From assembly GCF_963853765.1 (NCBI RefSeq), contig NC_088855.1:34100001-34164000 (forward strand): a stretch of DNA of 64,000 nt, in the 5' to 3' direction. Positions 52,993 through 64,000 of this stretch are shown one piece after another (within the stretch, counting starts at the first letter, position 1; every line of letters begins with the position of its first letter). Both the position numbers and the translations under genes were made by a program. The DNA is from Magallana gigas (Eukaryota). Under the pieces are notes generated by a model. The model had not been told where the DNA came from. It saw only the letters and a list, made by a program, of their open reading frames with translations, and did no database searches.

Positions 52993-53041
52993 ATTGTACT
53001 TTTATTTCCCAATTTTTGACGGATTTACAGTATTACCTATG

Positions 53042-53043
<2 letters not shown>

Positions 53044-53101
<58 letters not shown>
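53044..53101. repeat. (CT)29 microsatellite
   Basis: Read directly from the sequence; it generates the SLSLSL ORF 52994..53179. Confidence 0.97.
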
Positions 53102-53104
<3 letters not shown>

Positions 53105-54429
53105 CATACGGTTATCCCGTCGAGAATATTTTCTTTAATGACCGTCAATAGTCCTATATTCTTAAAGCGCGAAAGTTAATAATTCATTTGGATTTCTTCG
53201 AAGTAACCTATTAAAGAGAAAGCTACAGGACACACGTTTGACAATACTTGACTTGGATGCTGGGTTTCATGGTATGTTTTGTAATGTTAATTGAACCTTT
53301 CTCTAAATCTTTCTTAAATCTGACTTCATCGAAAAAAAAATTGATTTAAAAATGTATTTAGCTTCCATATGTGAAAATTAGAAATGAAAAACATTATCAA
53401 GCTTTGCGAGATAGATAGAGCTAAATAATGCCATTGATTGCATTTTATATGTAAATGTGTGCGCTACGTAAATATTATTTAGATATGTACATAATTTGCC
53501 TTTACTAGACAGTAAATATACCTTATCCAATTTCTTGTATATCACGATAATTTTTTTAAATAAATGATTGGAGGTGAAAGGTTAAATTGGTGTTGATTTT
53601 TATGGTTGATCATTTATCTTCTGTTCGTTAGATGAAACAATTATAAGTTTTGTGGTAAAGAAATACAGTTTTAGAAATTAAGAAAGTACAGCATACCGGT
53701 ATACCCTTAAATGCTGCGAAAGGTTAAAGTTGCTTATTGTATTATTTTCAGCCTTTTGAGAACTGAACAAAGATAGCCAGACTATATTAAGACTCTAGTT
53801 CATTGGTCCTGATTGATTTATGAAACCAACTAGACGTTGGGTTTTTTGTTGTTTTTTGTTGTTTTTTTGCTTAACATAAGAGATCCGTTGATAAAAATAT
53901 ATAGATTTATGTGTTTTTTAAGTCTAGATATTAATACAAATCCTCTCATAACAAAGAATTAATAGAAAGTAAACATTTTCATTAACAGATTATAATGAAG
54001 AGATATCATGAGTATAAGAAGTCTGTCGTTTTTTTTAAATTTCGCATTGAAGATAATGTCTTCCCCAAAATTTTATTTGAAAATAAAATTTCCCTTTTTT
54101 ACATAAAAAAAAGACTCAAGGGAATATATCGTCACGTAATCTGGTTGACATTACTATAATAGTCAACTGTAATGATATACATTTTTTTAGTTGTCAAGGT
54201 GCGCAGTCTTAGTAGACTGATGCAATCCATTAACGAGTGGAAAGCTGAATTTAATTTACATTAAGGTGTAAAGTTGCTCCATCTGAATTTAAGTCCTATT
54301 AAGAGGGAACGGTTTAATCAATATTTATTTCATGTAGATAAATTTAAACGATGTGTTTGAAACAAAATTAGCCGTGAAGAAAGGTACAGTGGAAACAATT
54401 TGACTCGTAAGAGGGGGGGGGGGGGGGGT

Positions 54430-54761
54430 TCAATGTTTGGGGATGTTATTTCTTTGGATTCGCGTGTAAGTATTGCAGGGATTCATTTTTTTACCAATCA
54501 GACGTCAATTTTCTGATATATGTCGATTTTTTTAATTTTGGGGCTAAATTTTCGAACAGATTTTCGTCAAAGATTTCTTAGCAACTTTTAATCGCAGATG
54601 CTTGAAATTTTAACAGACTCTTTGTTTTGGTACGCCATATGATGGGATACATTTTTGTACCAAGTAGACGTCAACTTACAGTTGAATATTGACGTGGCTC
54701 AATTTGTGTATTCATATCAGAACAGTGGTATAACTAGTGAGCATTGACTCCGAGATGTGTT
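54430..54761 (+). mobile_element. 3' part of the same HINE family, about 190 bp upstream of the GPCR2 splice acceptor
   Basis: gcaacttttaatcgcagatgcttgaaattttaacagactctttgtt...catatcagaacagtggtataactagtgagcattgactc matches 11800-12115. Confidence 0.65.
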
Positions 54762-55016
54762 ATATAAACCATGCTTAAAAAGTTAGCACGGTAAAAAAAT
54801 ATTACTTGGATGACCCCCCCCCCCAAAAAAAAAATTGCTCGAAAATGCTGATTTGTCTGGGTATGAGTTACTAGAACAGTCATATTACCATTGTTCTGAT
54901 GAGTATTTGTCGTCTACCTAAAGTTCAGCGTTCTGGTACTTTGTTTTTATTTCAGTGAATCCTGATTCTATTGAGATAAACGCACGCGCCTAGATGCTAG
55001 CATTATTGTTCAACAA

Positions 55017-56183
55017 ATGACCAATCACATACGTATAACTTGCGATCTTTTGCCACTTAAATCAGTCATGACTGGGAGCTCCACGACACACATTCCATCA
55101 GAAAATCAGATTGTTGTGACTATGTTATCAATTTTCTCTGTCATCGGGGGCATTGGTAACGGTGTGGTACTCTGTGGAATTGCGAAAATACATAGAGATA
55201 AACACCACATATTTTTGATTCAAAATCTTGCTTGCATTGACCTTTTGACTTGCATTATAACAATACCTGCAACTGTTGCTATGGAATTAGTGAACTTTCA
55301 TGTACCTTTTACCTCACTGTGCAGGATATATCACTTCTTAACGAACTCCACTATTCCCCTCTCGGTATTTTTGATGACGACCATTGCAATCGAGAGGTAC
55401 TTTTGCATTTGTAAAAACATCAACCAAGTGGTTATCAAATCCACATTAAAGAAAGTGCTTATTTGCATACTTTTCGTGTCTTTATCAACTGGGATATTGT
55501 GTTCTCTGAACTATGGAACTTTTCTTATTCCTACTGGTGAAGAAAATACGTTGTCATTGATGGGAAATTCAAGAAATGTTAATGTGATGTGTTTGCCGAA
55601 TTCAACATCACTTGTTGAGGAATTTGCCAATGCTACAAATAATAAAGACAGTATTGTTTGTGGCCTTACTCAGGAATTTGGATTATCTTATCATCATATC
55701 ACAGAGAAGATATATTCATCAATGTTTGCCATTTGTGGTATAACTATAGTTTGTGTTTACATACGGATATATTGTTTTTTGCTGGGCCATCGTACGCGCA
55801 TTAGAAAAAATACTGAAAGGACAGAGGGAAGCAATTGTTGCTCCGACAAAGTGAGTCGAACGAACGGGAAAACTTCAAAACGTTTAACAAGATGTCAGCT
55901 GCTAGAAATGTCATCGTTATATAGGTCGTCATATAGGTCGAAGCAAAAGCAACGACATACAAGGTACTTCAAATCAGCAGTAGTCTTCTCTGGTGTTGCT
56001 TTTGTTTTCATTTGTGCGTTTTTACCAGCGTGGATGATGAAACTGAAAGTCATTGAGTTCAATGTTTATGTGTTCTACCTTTACTTTGTATACACTGTGT
56101 GTAATCCTTTCATATATGGTTTCATAAATCCAACATTCATGACAGCAATACGGAAAACAGCTGGTCTTGTCTCCAATACTTGA
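55017..56183 (+). CDS. Class A (rhodopsin-like) 7TM GPCR, orphan, paralog 2; uninterrupted CDS of 388 aa
   Basis: GGIGNGVV, LACID, SLCRIYHF, IERYFC, AFLPAW and NPFIY motifs. Shares blocks with the 35867 ORF (IFSVIG, TIPATVAMEL, YHFL, STIP, RYxCICK, AFLPAW, NPFIY). The true start could be the second ATG at 55068. Confidence 0.95.
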   Translation: MTNHIRITCDLLPLKSVMTGSSTTHIPSENQIVVTMLSIFSVIGGIGNGVVLCGIAKIHRDKHHIFLIQNLACIDLLTCIITIPATVAMELVNFHVPFTSLCRIYHFLTNSTIPLSVFLMTTIAIERYFCICKNINQVVIKSTLKKVLICILFVSLSTGILCSLNYGTFLIPTGEENTLSLMGNSRNVNVMCLPNSTSLVEEFANATNNKDSIVCGLTQEFGLSYHHITEKIYSSMFAICGITIVCVYIRIYCFLLGHRTRIRKNTERTEGSNCCSDKVSRTNGKTSKRLTRCQLLEMSSLYRSSYRSKQKQRHTRYFKSAVVFSGVAFVFICAFLPAWMMKLKVIEFNVYVFYLYFVYTVCNPFIYGFINPTFMTAIRKTAGLVSNT

Positions 56184-59100
56184 TGTTAGCAAGTACATGT
56201 ACGTTGTATAACTAAGCATTCCACTTTTTTCGGGGGGAGGGGAAGTTGCGGTAGAAAGTTTTAATCAACTTATGGTGTACTGTTGCAAATAAAATTTAAA
56301 AAAATGAAAGTTGGATAAAAAAATTCAGAAGATTAGAAGTAATTTATGTTGTACAAATTTCGAGATGGTATCAATTACTTAACATTTGCTGATAAAATGT
56401 GAATTGAGTTGTATTCCAATAAGAGTTCAATAAAAAAAAAATCTTGTTCTTTTCTATGGTACAAATCATTTGAGTGCTCTGCGGTGAATTCTTTAAAATT
56501 CCGTATAGCTTTTTAATCAATTATATTATACATTAAAACATAAGAATTACATCATCCTTTACTTTGTTCCTTTTATACCTTTCAATGCTTAAAATCAATA
56601 CATTCAACCAAGTTACCTGTAACCGTCCAATACGTCATAAAAACTGTCTATTATCAAAAATAGTAGACGCTTTTCTACAACTTATTTGACATTATACGTG
56701 TAGGTAAAATTTAACTTTAAATATACAATAACACAGACACAAAACTAATAATTGTTATTCATGAATGATAAAATCACATGATTCTAATTTCAAAATTTAA
56801 ATTTGAAAGAGACACTTCCTGATTTTATTTCAATTTCACCAGGTGCACGGATTGTAATCACATTAGTTTTTGTTTTCTTTACATCTCCCTCAAAAGATAA
56901 TTTGATATTTTCTTTTCTTTTTCACCGTGAATGGTCTTGCTAACTTTCTGTAGTATACGTTGTTTGTTCTTTTAAATGGCGATGTCTTGACTGGCCTTAA
57001 CAAATTCCTTTTTCGAAAAAAAAAATCCATTCTAAGGTCAAAACTTGATTGTTTTTCAAATTTTCTCTTTCTAAACCAAAATATAATTAAGACTGCCATC
57101 TGTATTGCATGCCTGATCATCAATTTCTTTGAAGTGTTTTGCGTTTTAAAAAACAACAACACTTTCTCCATCTGATGAGGAAAACCTAACAAGAAAGTGA
57201 TGTTCGAGTTACATGCTTTTTATACTGGTATCCATGGAGATGAACTTACATGTATCTGTAATTTTCCACTAAGCTAACAATTACAATGAATTATATCACC
57301 TGTAATGAAAGCAACCACTTATTCTACTTGAGACATTCCAACAAGAAGACAATGAAAAACAATGCAATGGATGTTTACTTAATTGTCTTTTGCAAGAGAG
57401 AAACTCTTAAATTATAAAAGAGTTAATTCTGAACACAATAGAACAAACCTGTAATTTTGTACCTTAATTTTATTTACTAGACTTTGACCTAAGTAGGCTG
57501 CAAGTTTCAAATTGTCCACTTTATGAAAAGAAACAACTATTGTCGCCCTCCGATATTTCTTTCTTCTCACGGAATGGACATGTTTCGGCATGTTTCCTTT
57601 GCGTAATAATATTCATACTTCACAATGTTTCAATGTTCTAGCTCTACTACATGTTGGGAAAAGAGAGGCAACTTTTACCACAATATTTGCTATGCTGAGT
57701 GAGTATATCATGCAGTACTCCAATAATATAAAGAAAAATGAACGGAAAACTGATAATGCAACCACTAGCCAACGAATCAAGTGAAGTCATCCTTTATAAA
57801 ATATAAATTCAAAAATCGAAGTTAATGAATTCACACTTGGTAACGATTCGGCTTGGCTTGATATTTAGACTGACACAAAGCCATATTCTATTGACAGCAA
57901 TAACTATTATATATCTGTAGAAGAAAATAATTTGCCTTGGGGAACAACTATACTCGATAAAAAATGCAGCGAAACCATCAAAAGATGCATGGTAATAATG
58001 AAAATATTAAAAATTTAAGAAGACTGCACATTAAAGAAAACAGAGCAAGGAATTAACACGGAAGAAGGATGTAAAACCACAGTAAAATAATTTGCTGTTA
58101 GACACAGGTGTTCCGTGTATCAGTTTATTGACTATTGTGAAAGATTAAGAAAAAGAGAGATAGTATATATTTTAATAGTGGGAAAGATAATGAGGCTGTA
58201 ATTTAAAGGTTTTAAATTTTAGAGAGCATGATTTTAAAGGTTAGAGAAATTGTTTATACTTTGAGATCCCACCATCATGGTATTTCACTATAATTTTTAT
58301 CACTGTCCCAAATAAGAATTTCAGATAAAAGATTGTTTTTAATTGAACATTCAACCTCTTCGTTTTATGCATACATCATTTATTCATACAGACGTACATT
58401 TTGTTCATTTACAAATTCAGGTATTATTATTTATACCTTATAAGTTTACTGCCAATCTGCCGTGGTATAAAAAATATCTGAACTTTAAAAAACGCTTGTG
58501 TATCCATATGTATTTGCCTATTTTAAAACAAAGTTGTCAGATCCAAAGTCTTTTCATGATTCTTTTGGCTGATCGGCCCAGTTTCTTAGACTTCCGACAG
58601 AGTTCGTTAATTTGCTTCCAATTGAATCTAAACCAACCCCTTCGAAGATGTGGCATCGATGGAAAGTTTATATTGAATTGTAAAGCATTGCATGCATATA
58701 CATGTACATGTTGTATGCATTTAGCTACCTTTTCTAATCGAGGTTTTTCGTCGGCACTGGTATTAATATTGTCTCAATAGGTGTAGGACATTTTTGGGGA
58801 AAATAATATAGAAAATTTTACCAGCCTATATACTGAGTAAATAATTGACATTATCATGGGGTGACCCATACGACATGTAAGTTGAGTGAAGGTCATGTCA
58901 GTAACTGAACAAGTACCCGATGATGTTATAACTGTGTACAGGAGATATGTAACATTGTCAGTTATCTCAAGTGCGCAAATAAACATTTTAGCCACTTACT
59001 GCATATGATAAGATAAATAAGATCATAATCTGTAGCAAGGGTTATCAACTTCTTGAAATATTCACTAGTATTCACATGTCCTGGCAAAGATAAGTAGGTA

Positions 59101-59909
59101 GTCTTCATGTTACATAGTAAAATTTATGTCTTCCGTCTGTGGAAGCTATATAAAGCGCGCTTTAAAAATTGGAGCAAAACCAAACAAAAACATATAGTGA
59201 GAAAAAAAAAGGAAAAGTAGGAAACGACTTTTTCCTTACGTCTTATCCGTTTGTAAACCAACAAATTAATTCTGACAAACTTTTTTTGTTATCAAATGAA
59301 AATATCCTTCACAAAGATTAAATAATCTTCATGATTTTTATCGAAACGATGATTTGAATGTATATTTTGTGTATTAATTGTCAAAGTACGAATAAAGTGT
59401 AAAAAAAAAAACAAAAAAAAAACAAAACAAAAAAACACTTGTAACCCTAACTAGATTATTGGTCACTTTACAAATTGCTATTTAATGTCATTGTATTTAG
59501 TTGATCACATAATCCTGTTACGTGGCATTCCGGATTCAAACGAACGGGAAAGGGATGTGCCACGTCAAACTCTTCATCTATCATGTCGAAACAGACCATC
59601 AAATTACTACTATAATATATTCTAGTAGTTGTATTTTGCCTCTCAAATACCACACCAATGCACCCTCACTTAGGAGAATTAGAATTTTCAGCGATCAAAA
59701 AGTAAATACTGCCCCCCCCCCCCCCTCCCCCAACAAAACCACATTTGAAGACAAAATAGCTGTATACTCAGAAAAAATACCTGTACATTCACATAGATAA
59801 ATAATTATTAAGTTTATCGTTGTTTTAATTTTTTCAAAATTAGATTTTAATCACGATTATAATATAATATAAAACAATTTTTACAAAATAGAAAAATACT
59901 TTCTAATAT

Positions 59910-60310
59910 TTCACCCAGGGGCAATGAATTCCACAATCTCATAAGGGGGCTTCTTGCACATAATTTATAACCATGCATTTAGTTTTTCTCAAATGTATAT
60001 AGAAGTAGAGCAGATTTTTTAAAGATTTAGATAATACATTTTCACTTATATGGTCATATTTGCCTTACCTTTTGGGCTTGAACCTCTGACCTAGAGGCCA
60101 TGAATTTCACAATTTCGGTAGAGAGCTTCATGGACTTCGAAACCTTGCAAATGTGTTTTTTCCACATGTGTGAGTCGAGGATTTTGATTTGTTTTGAATG
60201 TTTGGCATATTTGGCACCGACCACGAGGCCCGGGTCAGAAATTTCACAATTTAGATTCTCGTTTCATAGAGATGCTTCAAACGAACAATGGTAAGAAATG
60301 ACCATGTAGT
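59910..60310. mobile_element. HINE core fragment
   Basis: gggcaatgaattccacaat, ggccatgaatttcacaatttcggtagag and ggtcagaaatttcacaatt repeats match the core at 41.7-42.4 kb. Confidence 0.5.
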
Positions 60311-61864
60311 TTTCAAAGTAATAACATGTATTTAAAACTTGACTTATTTCATTTCCGCTTTCAAGCTTACATTACCTTGATACTTTGAAATAATTTAATT
60401 GCAAATAATGTCAATGTACTTAAATCAAGGAAAAAGACTGCAACGTTTCCTTTATGAATGTTTATCTCTTATAAAGTAATTGATACATGCTTACAATAGA
60501 ATAATTTTGTTAAATTAGGCAAGCTTTTTGAAAAGCTATTATATTGATTGTGCAGCTTCAGTTTCGATCGATCATGAGATAATCCATGAAAATAAGTAAA
60601 TAAGCAGTTGAAGTATGAAGAAGTTACTTAAGTTTAAGTTGAGATTTAAAAGATAGACTATGTATCTATAACAAAAATCTGAATATCAAATAAAGCATCT
60701 ATTTTTTTCGCCGACATCTAGGTGGACTTTGGATTCCTTTGATTTCCTTGCGTGCGTTAATTAATTACAATCATTATAGCGGGAAACATGATACTTTGTG
60801 GATGTAAATACATATATAAAATTTACAGTCACCTATATAATTCTGTATGATTTAAAGACAGTAAAATATCTATTATAGAATGGACAGAAACAAAAAATAG
60901 GATAAGACATATAAATTTCTTTCAACAATCCGGTTCAAGAATAAATATTTAGCATTGTTGCATTTAAAGTACTTTTAAAAATAAGTCTTTTTATTTGGAA
61001 CTTTTGTGATTATTATTTTGAACTTACGCAATTATGTTGTGGTTTTTTTTTTTTTTTGTTATTTTTTTTTTTATTATTCCTAATATTATAATACACAATT
61101 TTGCAAACGAACAATTTCTAAATATAGTCAGAATATTTTAAAAATTACGACTTCTGGCGAACTCTCCTTTACAAAAAATTAGATAATTGCCAGTGTGGGG
61201 AATCATAATTCGAACGTGACAATTATAACTGTCAAGAACACATTTTGATTCTCAATAATCTAAATTTTTGTTACACCTAATTAAATGACTTGTTCTATAC
61301 GGTAATCTACGGACTAGTGTTTTAACCTTTACTAAGACACTACTACTTTCATTCTGAAAAATGGCAGTAAGTGATGATTTTGGCACTCAAAAACCTGTTA
61401 AGATCAATACATTCACAGAGTTCAGCATCTTTAAAAAGGGTTACAAGTTGATTTTATGTTAAATAATATACCAGTACATAGTTTTGGACATTTTTTTTTT
61501 AAAGAATAATCAGATGTTTATATACTTTAAGTTTTCAGTCTTATCCATCTTGATATGGGCATTTTACCTGCCTCATTCTCCTACTTTTCAAATTAAACCA
61601 TTAATACGAAATTTGAAAGTTTTAATACTTTTTAATACGACTTCAGCAATGTTTCTGATTAAAAACAAACATCTGCCTTCATAAATATAACAATATCTAT
61701 ATGTTAAAGTGTTTAACATATGAACGCTTCATGCATCAACGCCATCAGCACTTTGTTGATGTAAACCACATGTTAATGATAGGAAAGTCATGATTTCATA
61801 AAATGAATAGTGATTGAGGATTGAGGAACATGGTCTCCATTACAAAAACAGATGAAATTGTCAT

Positions 61865-61996
61865 TTAGTATCTGTAGATTTCAGGTTTGAATGGACCATC
61901 CTTAGGAATTCCGAGATATCCGGACTGATCGTCGGAGAGCTTGGTCAGCTTCACACCGAGATGTTCCAAGTGGGCTGCAGCGACAGCTTCATCCAG
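61865..61996 (-). CDS. AHCY: AHCY terminal coding exon of 132 bp ([43 protein letters not shown]); not in the ORF track
   Basis: Hand translation after acceptor ttttctccag gives the typical AHCY C-terminus, ending in TAA at 61867-61865. Confidence 0.96.
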   Translation of the reverse strand: MDEAVAAAHLEHLGVKLTKLSDDQSGYLGIPKDGPFKPEIYRY

Positions 61997-62295
61997 CTGG
62001 AGAAAATCAAATCAGATACATTATACCATGAACAAGACAAAACCTTCATAATTAGGACATGTACTTGCATTAACACTAAGAAATACAATAAAATAACATT
62101 AATCTTAACCAGGGAGAGAAAACCACATCATATACATTACAATGTAAACATCGATTAGCTTTTCAACACTCAGAATTACTCTTGAAACATCTATAGCTCA
62201 CCTGGTTTAATAACCAAAATATAAATGAATTGGTCAACGTTGCAACTACATGTATCTTTTTTTTTTTCAAAGAAGATATAGAAAGCAAGAAGTAC

Positions 62296-62490
62296 CTTTT
62301 TGGGAAGGAGATGCACTCCCAGTTTGTATTGACCCTGCTTGGTCCACAGTTCAATCTGAGCCAAGACTTGGTTGGTGAAGGAGTTACTCATCACAAAACT
62401 TGGATGGCCGTGGGCACATCCCAAATTGACAAGACGACCCTCGGCCAACAGGATAATATGGCGACCATTCTTCAGCGTATACCTGTCAAC
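62296..62490 (-). CDS. AHCY: AHCY internal exon of 195 bp ([49 protein letters not shown]...LPKK)
   Basis: Acceptor ccacag and donor GTACT, phase 0/0. Contains the [26 protein letters not shown] signature. Confidence 0.97.
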
Positions 62491-62695
62491 CTGTGGATGA
62501 AATCAAAATCCTTGCAATTTCTATTTGCAATTTTAACCATTAATAAACTAATGCCATTTGCATGTATTCCCTACTGTGGTAAAAAATAATTCATATAATT
62601 TTACTTGTGAAAATTTGATAATTTAAATTTAACATTGGAGGTCTTGAATAAAAACTTGAGGACATATTTCTTTGGTAATGCAACAGAAAACTTAC

Positions 62696-62901
62696 CTGAG
62701 GTTTGATTTGTTCTTTTTTCACACAGTTATCATTCAACCAAGCAACATCCAACTCGCAATCAAAATGTCCAATATTACAAACAATGGAATCTTCCAACAT
62801 TTGCTCAAACATTTCTCCGTGAATAATTGATTTGCATCCAGTGGCAGTTACAAAAATTCTGGCCTTCTTGATGCACTCATCCACAGTTGTGACTTCAAAG
62901 C
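62696..62901 (-). CDS. AHCY: AHCY internal exon of 206 bp ([24 protein letters not shown]...[10 protein letters not shown]...IKPQ)
   Basis: Acceptor tttttgcag and donor GTAAG. Phase 1 start matches the previous exon. Contains FVTATGC and NIGHFD motifs. Confidence 0.97.
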
Positions 62902-63064
62902 CTGCAAAAATAATGTCATATTTTCAACTAGCAAAGACTGCCAGCTTTACAAATGCAACATATAAAAGGATAAAACTTTTGAAAAAAAAAAAAGTGAAAA
63001 ATAATATATGTACAACAAAATAAGTTAAACATACTGCACAATACTGAATAAATAAAGCTTTTAA

Positions 63065-63395
63065 GGTACCTCACCACACCTACACTTATATTTTTTAAGA
63101 CACTATGTCACAAGATGGCGATATATATGTTTTGTGAAATTGTTTATATCGTTCGATTGGGTTGTATATCGTCGTAGCACAGTGGTAAAAGTATTGGGCT
63201 ACTGAACCGCAGATCATGAGTTCGAATCCCTCTGGGGCTTTTGTTTGTGTTAACTGAATAATGTAATTTTTCATTCCAAAATTGCACATTTTTTGGCCTA
63301 TTAGCCTTAAATACTTATTATCCATTATGATGTCTATCATAATCAAGTAATTGTCTGCTGATTTGAGAAAATATTTCACGGTGTAGTGAGCCACC
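63065..63395. mobile_element. 331-bp Kolobok-type MITE in an AHCY intron, with TTAA TSD and an internal tRNA-like module
   Basis: TTAA|ggtacctcaccacacc ... ggtgtagtgagccacc|TTAA; TIR matches 13/16. GG..CC termini with a TTAA target are characteristic of Kolobok. Confidence 0.82.
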
Positions 63396-63468
63396 TTAAG
63401 ACCTTGATAAGAAAAAACCCTCTCAGTTATACTAATGGAACACAAAACTTGTGTTTCTTTTGTTTTCA

Positions 63469-63768
<300 letters not shown>

Positions 63769-64000
63769 TCAACATGAACAGGCAAGTACAAATCTCTGCC
63801 TGAAAATATCTATCTTCGTATGGCCTTTATTTCCATTACAACAAGGTAAAACAGCTTGCCAATTTTAAAATATTGTTGAGACAAATAGAACATTACAATG
63901 CAGTTTATATAGATGTTTGAAATTAAACATGCATGACAATCCTACCTTTGTAACTGAGTCGTTAACATTGATTGAAGGAATTTTTAGCTTGCCAGCTGCC

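Noticed and set aside
60705-60725. CTCF-like motif catctaggtgg between GPCR2 and AHCY
   Set aside because: It has three mismatches to the core consensus, so one such hit is expected by chance in 64 kb.
62000-62295. Intronic C/D-box snoRNA in the last AHCY intron
   Set aside because: The C box is mismatched (ATGATGT) and there is no terminal stem.
63170-63240. tRNA gene
   Set aside because: The A/B boxes are good, but the acceptor, D and anticodon stems do not pair and the module sits inside a MITE. The same applies at 8935-8995.

Overview
AT-rich eukaryotic genomic DNA whose repeat landscape looks like a bivalve mollusc, probably a Crassostrea/Magallana oyster. That taxon call rests on recalled repeat families, not a database search. 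Three protein-coding genes are well supported. Two are paralogous class A (rhodopsin-like) orphan GPCRs on the + strand, each with an uninterrupted CDS (35867-37165 and 55017-56183). The third is the last four coding exons of adenosylhomocysteinase (AHCY) on the - strand (63732 to 61865); the gene continues beyond the window end. The rest is a mosaic of non-autonomous Helentron-like elements (HINEs), several carrying 146- or 177-bp tandem arrays, plus several MITE families, microsatellites and near-perfect hairpins. The MITEs include TTAA-flanked Kolobok-type elements, a CAGT-terminated TA-site element, and a CATG-terminated family with 5-bp target-site duplications. The first 4.9 kb is a near-identical 2569-bp-offset duplication of a nested HINE whose two copies differ by one 177-bp monomer. 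The most interesting items are Kolobok-type MITEs carrying a tRNA-like Pol III promoter module (one lies antisense in an AHCY intron), the GPCR pair with shared non-canonical motifs, and the nested and duplicated Helentron structure. There is no rRNA, intact tRNA or CRISPR array, and I cannot support a wholly new biological system from sequence alone. Nearly all short ORFs in the supplied track look spurious.
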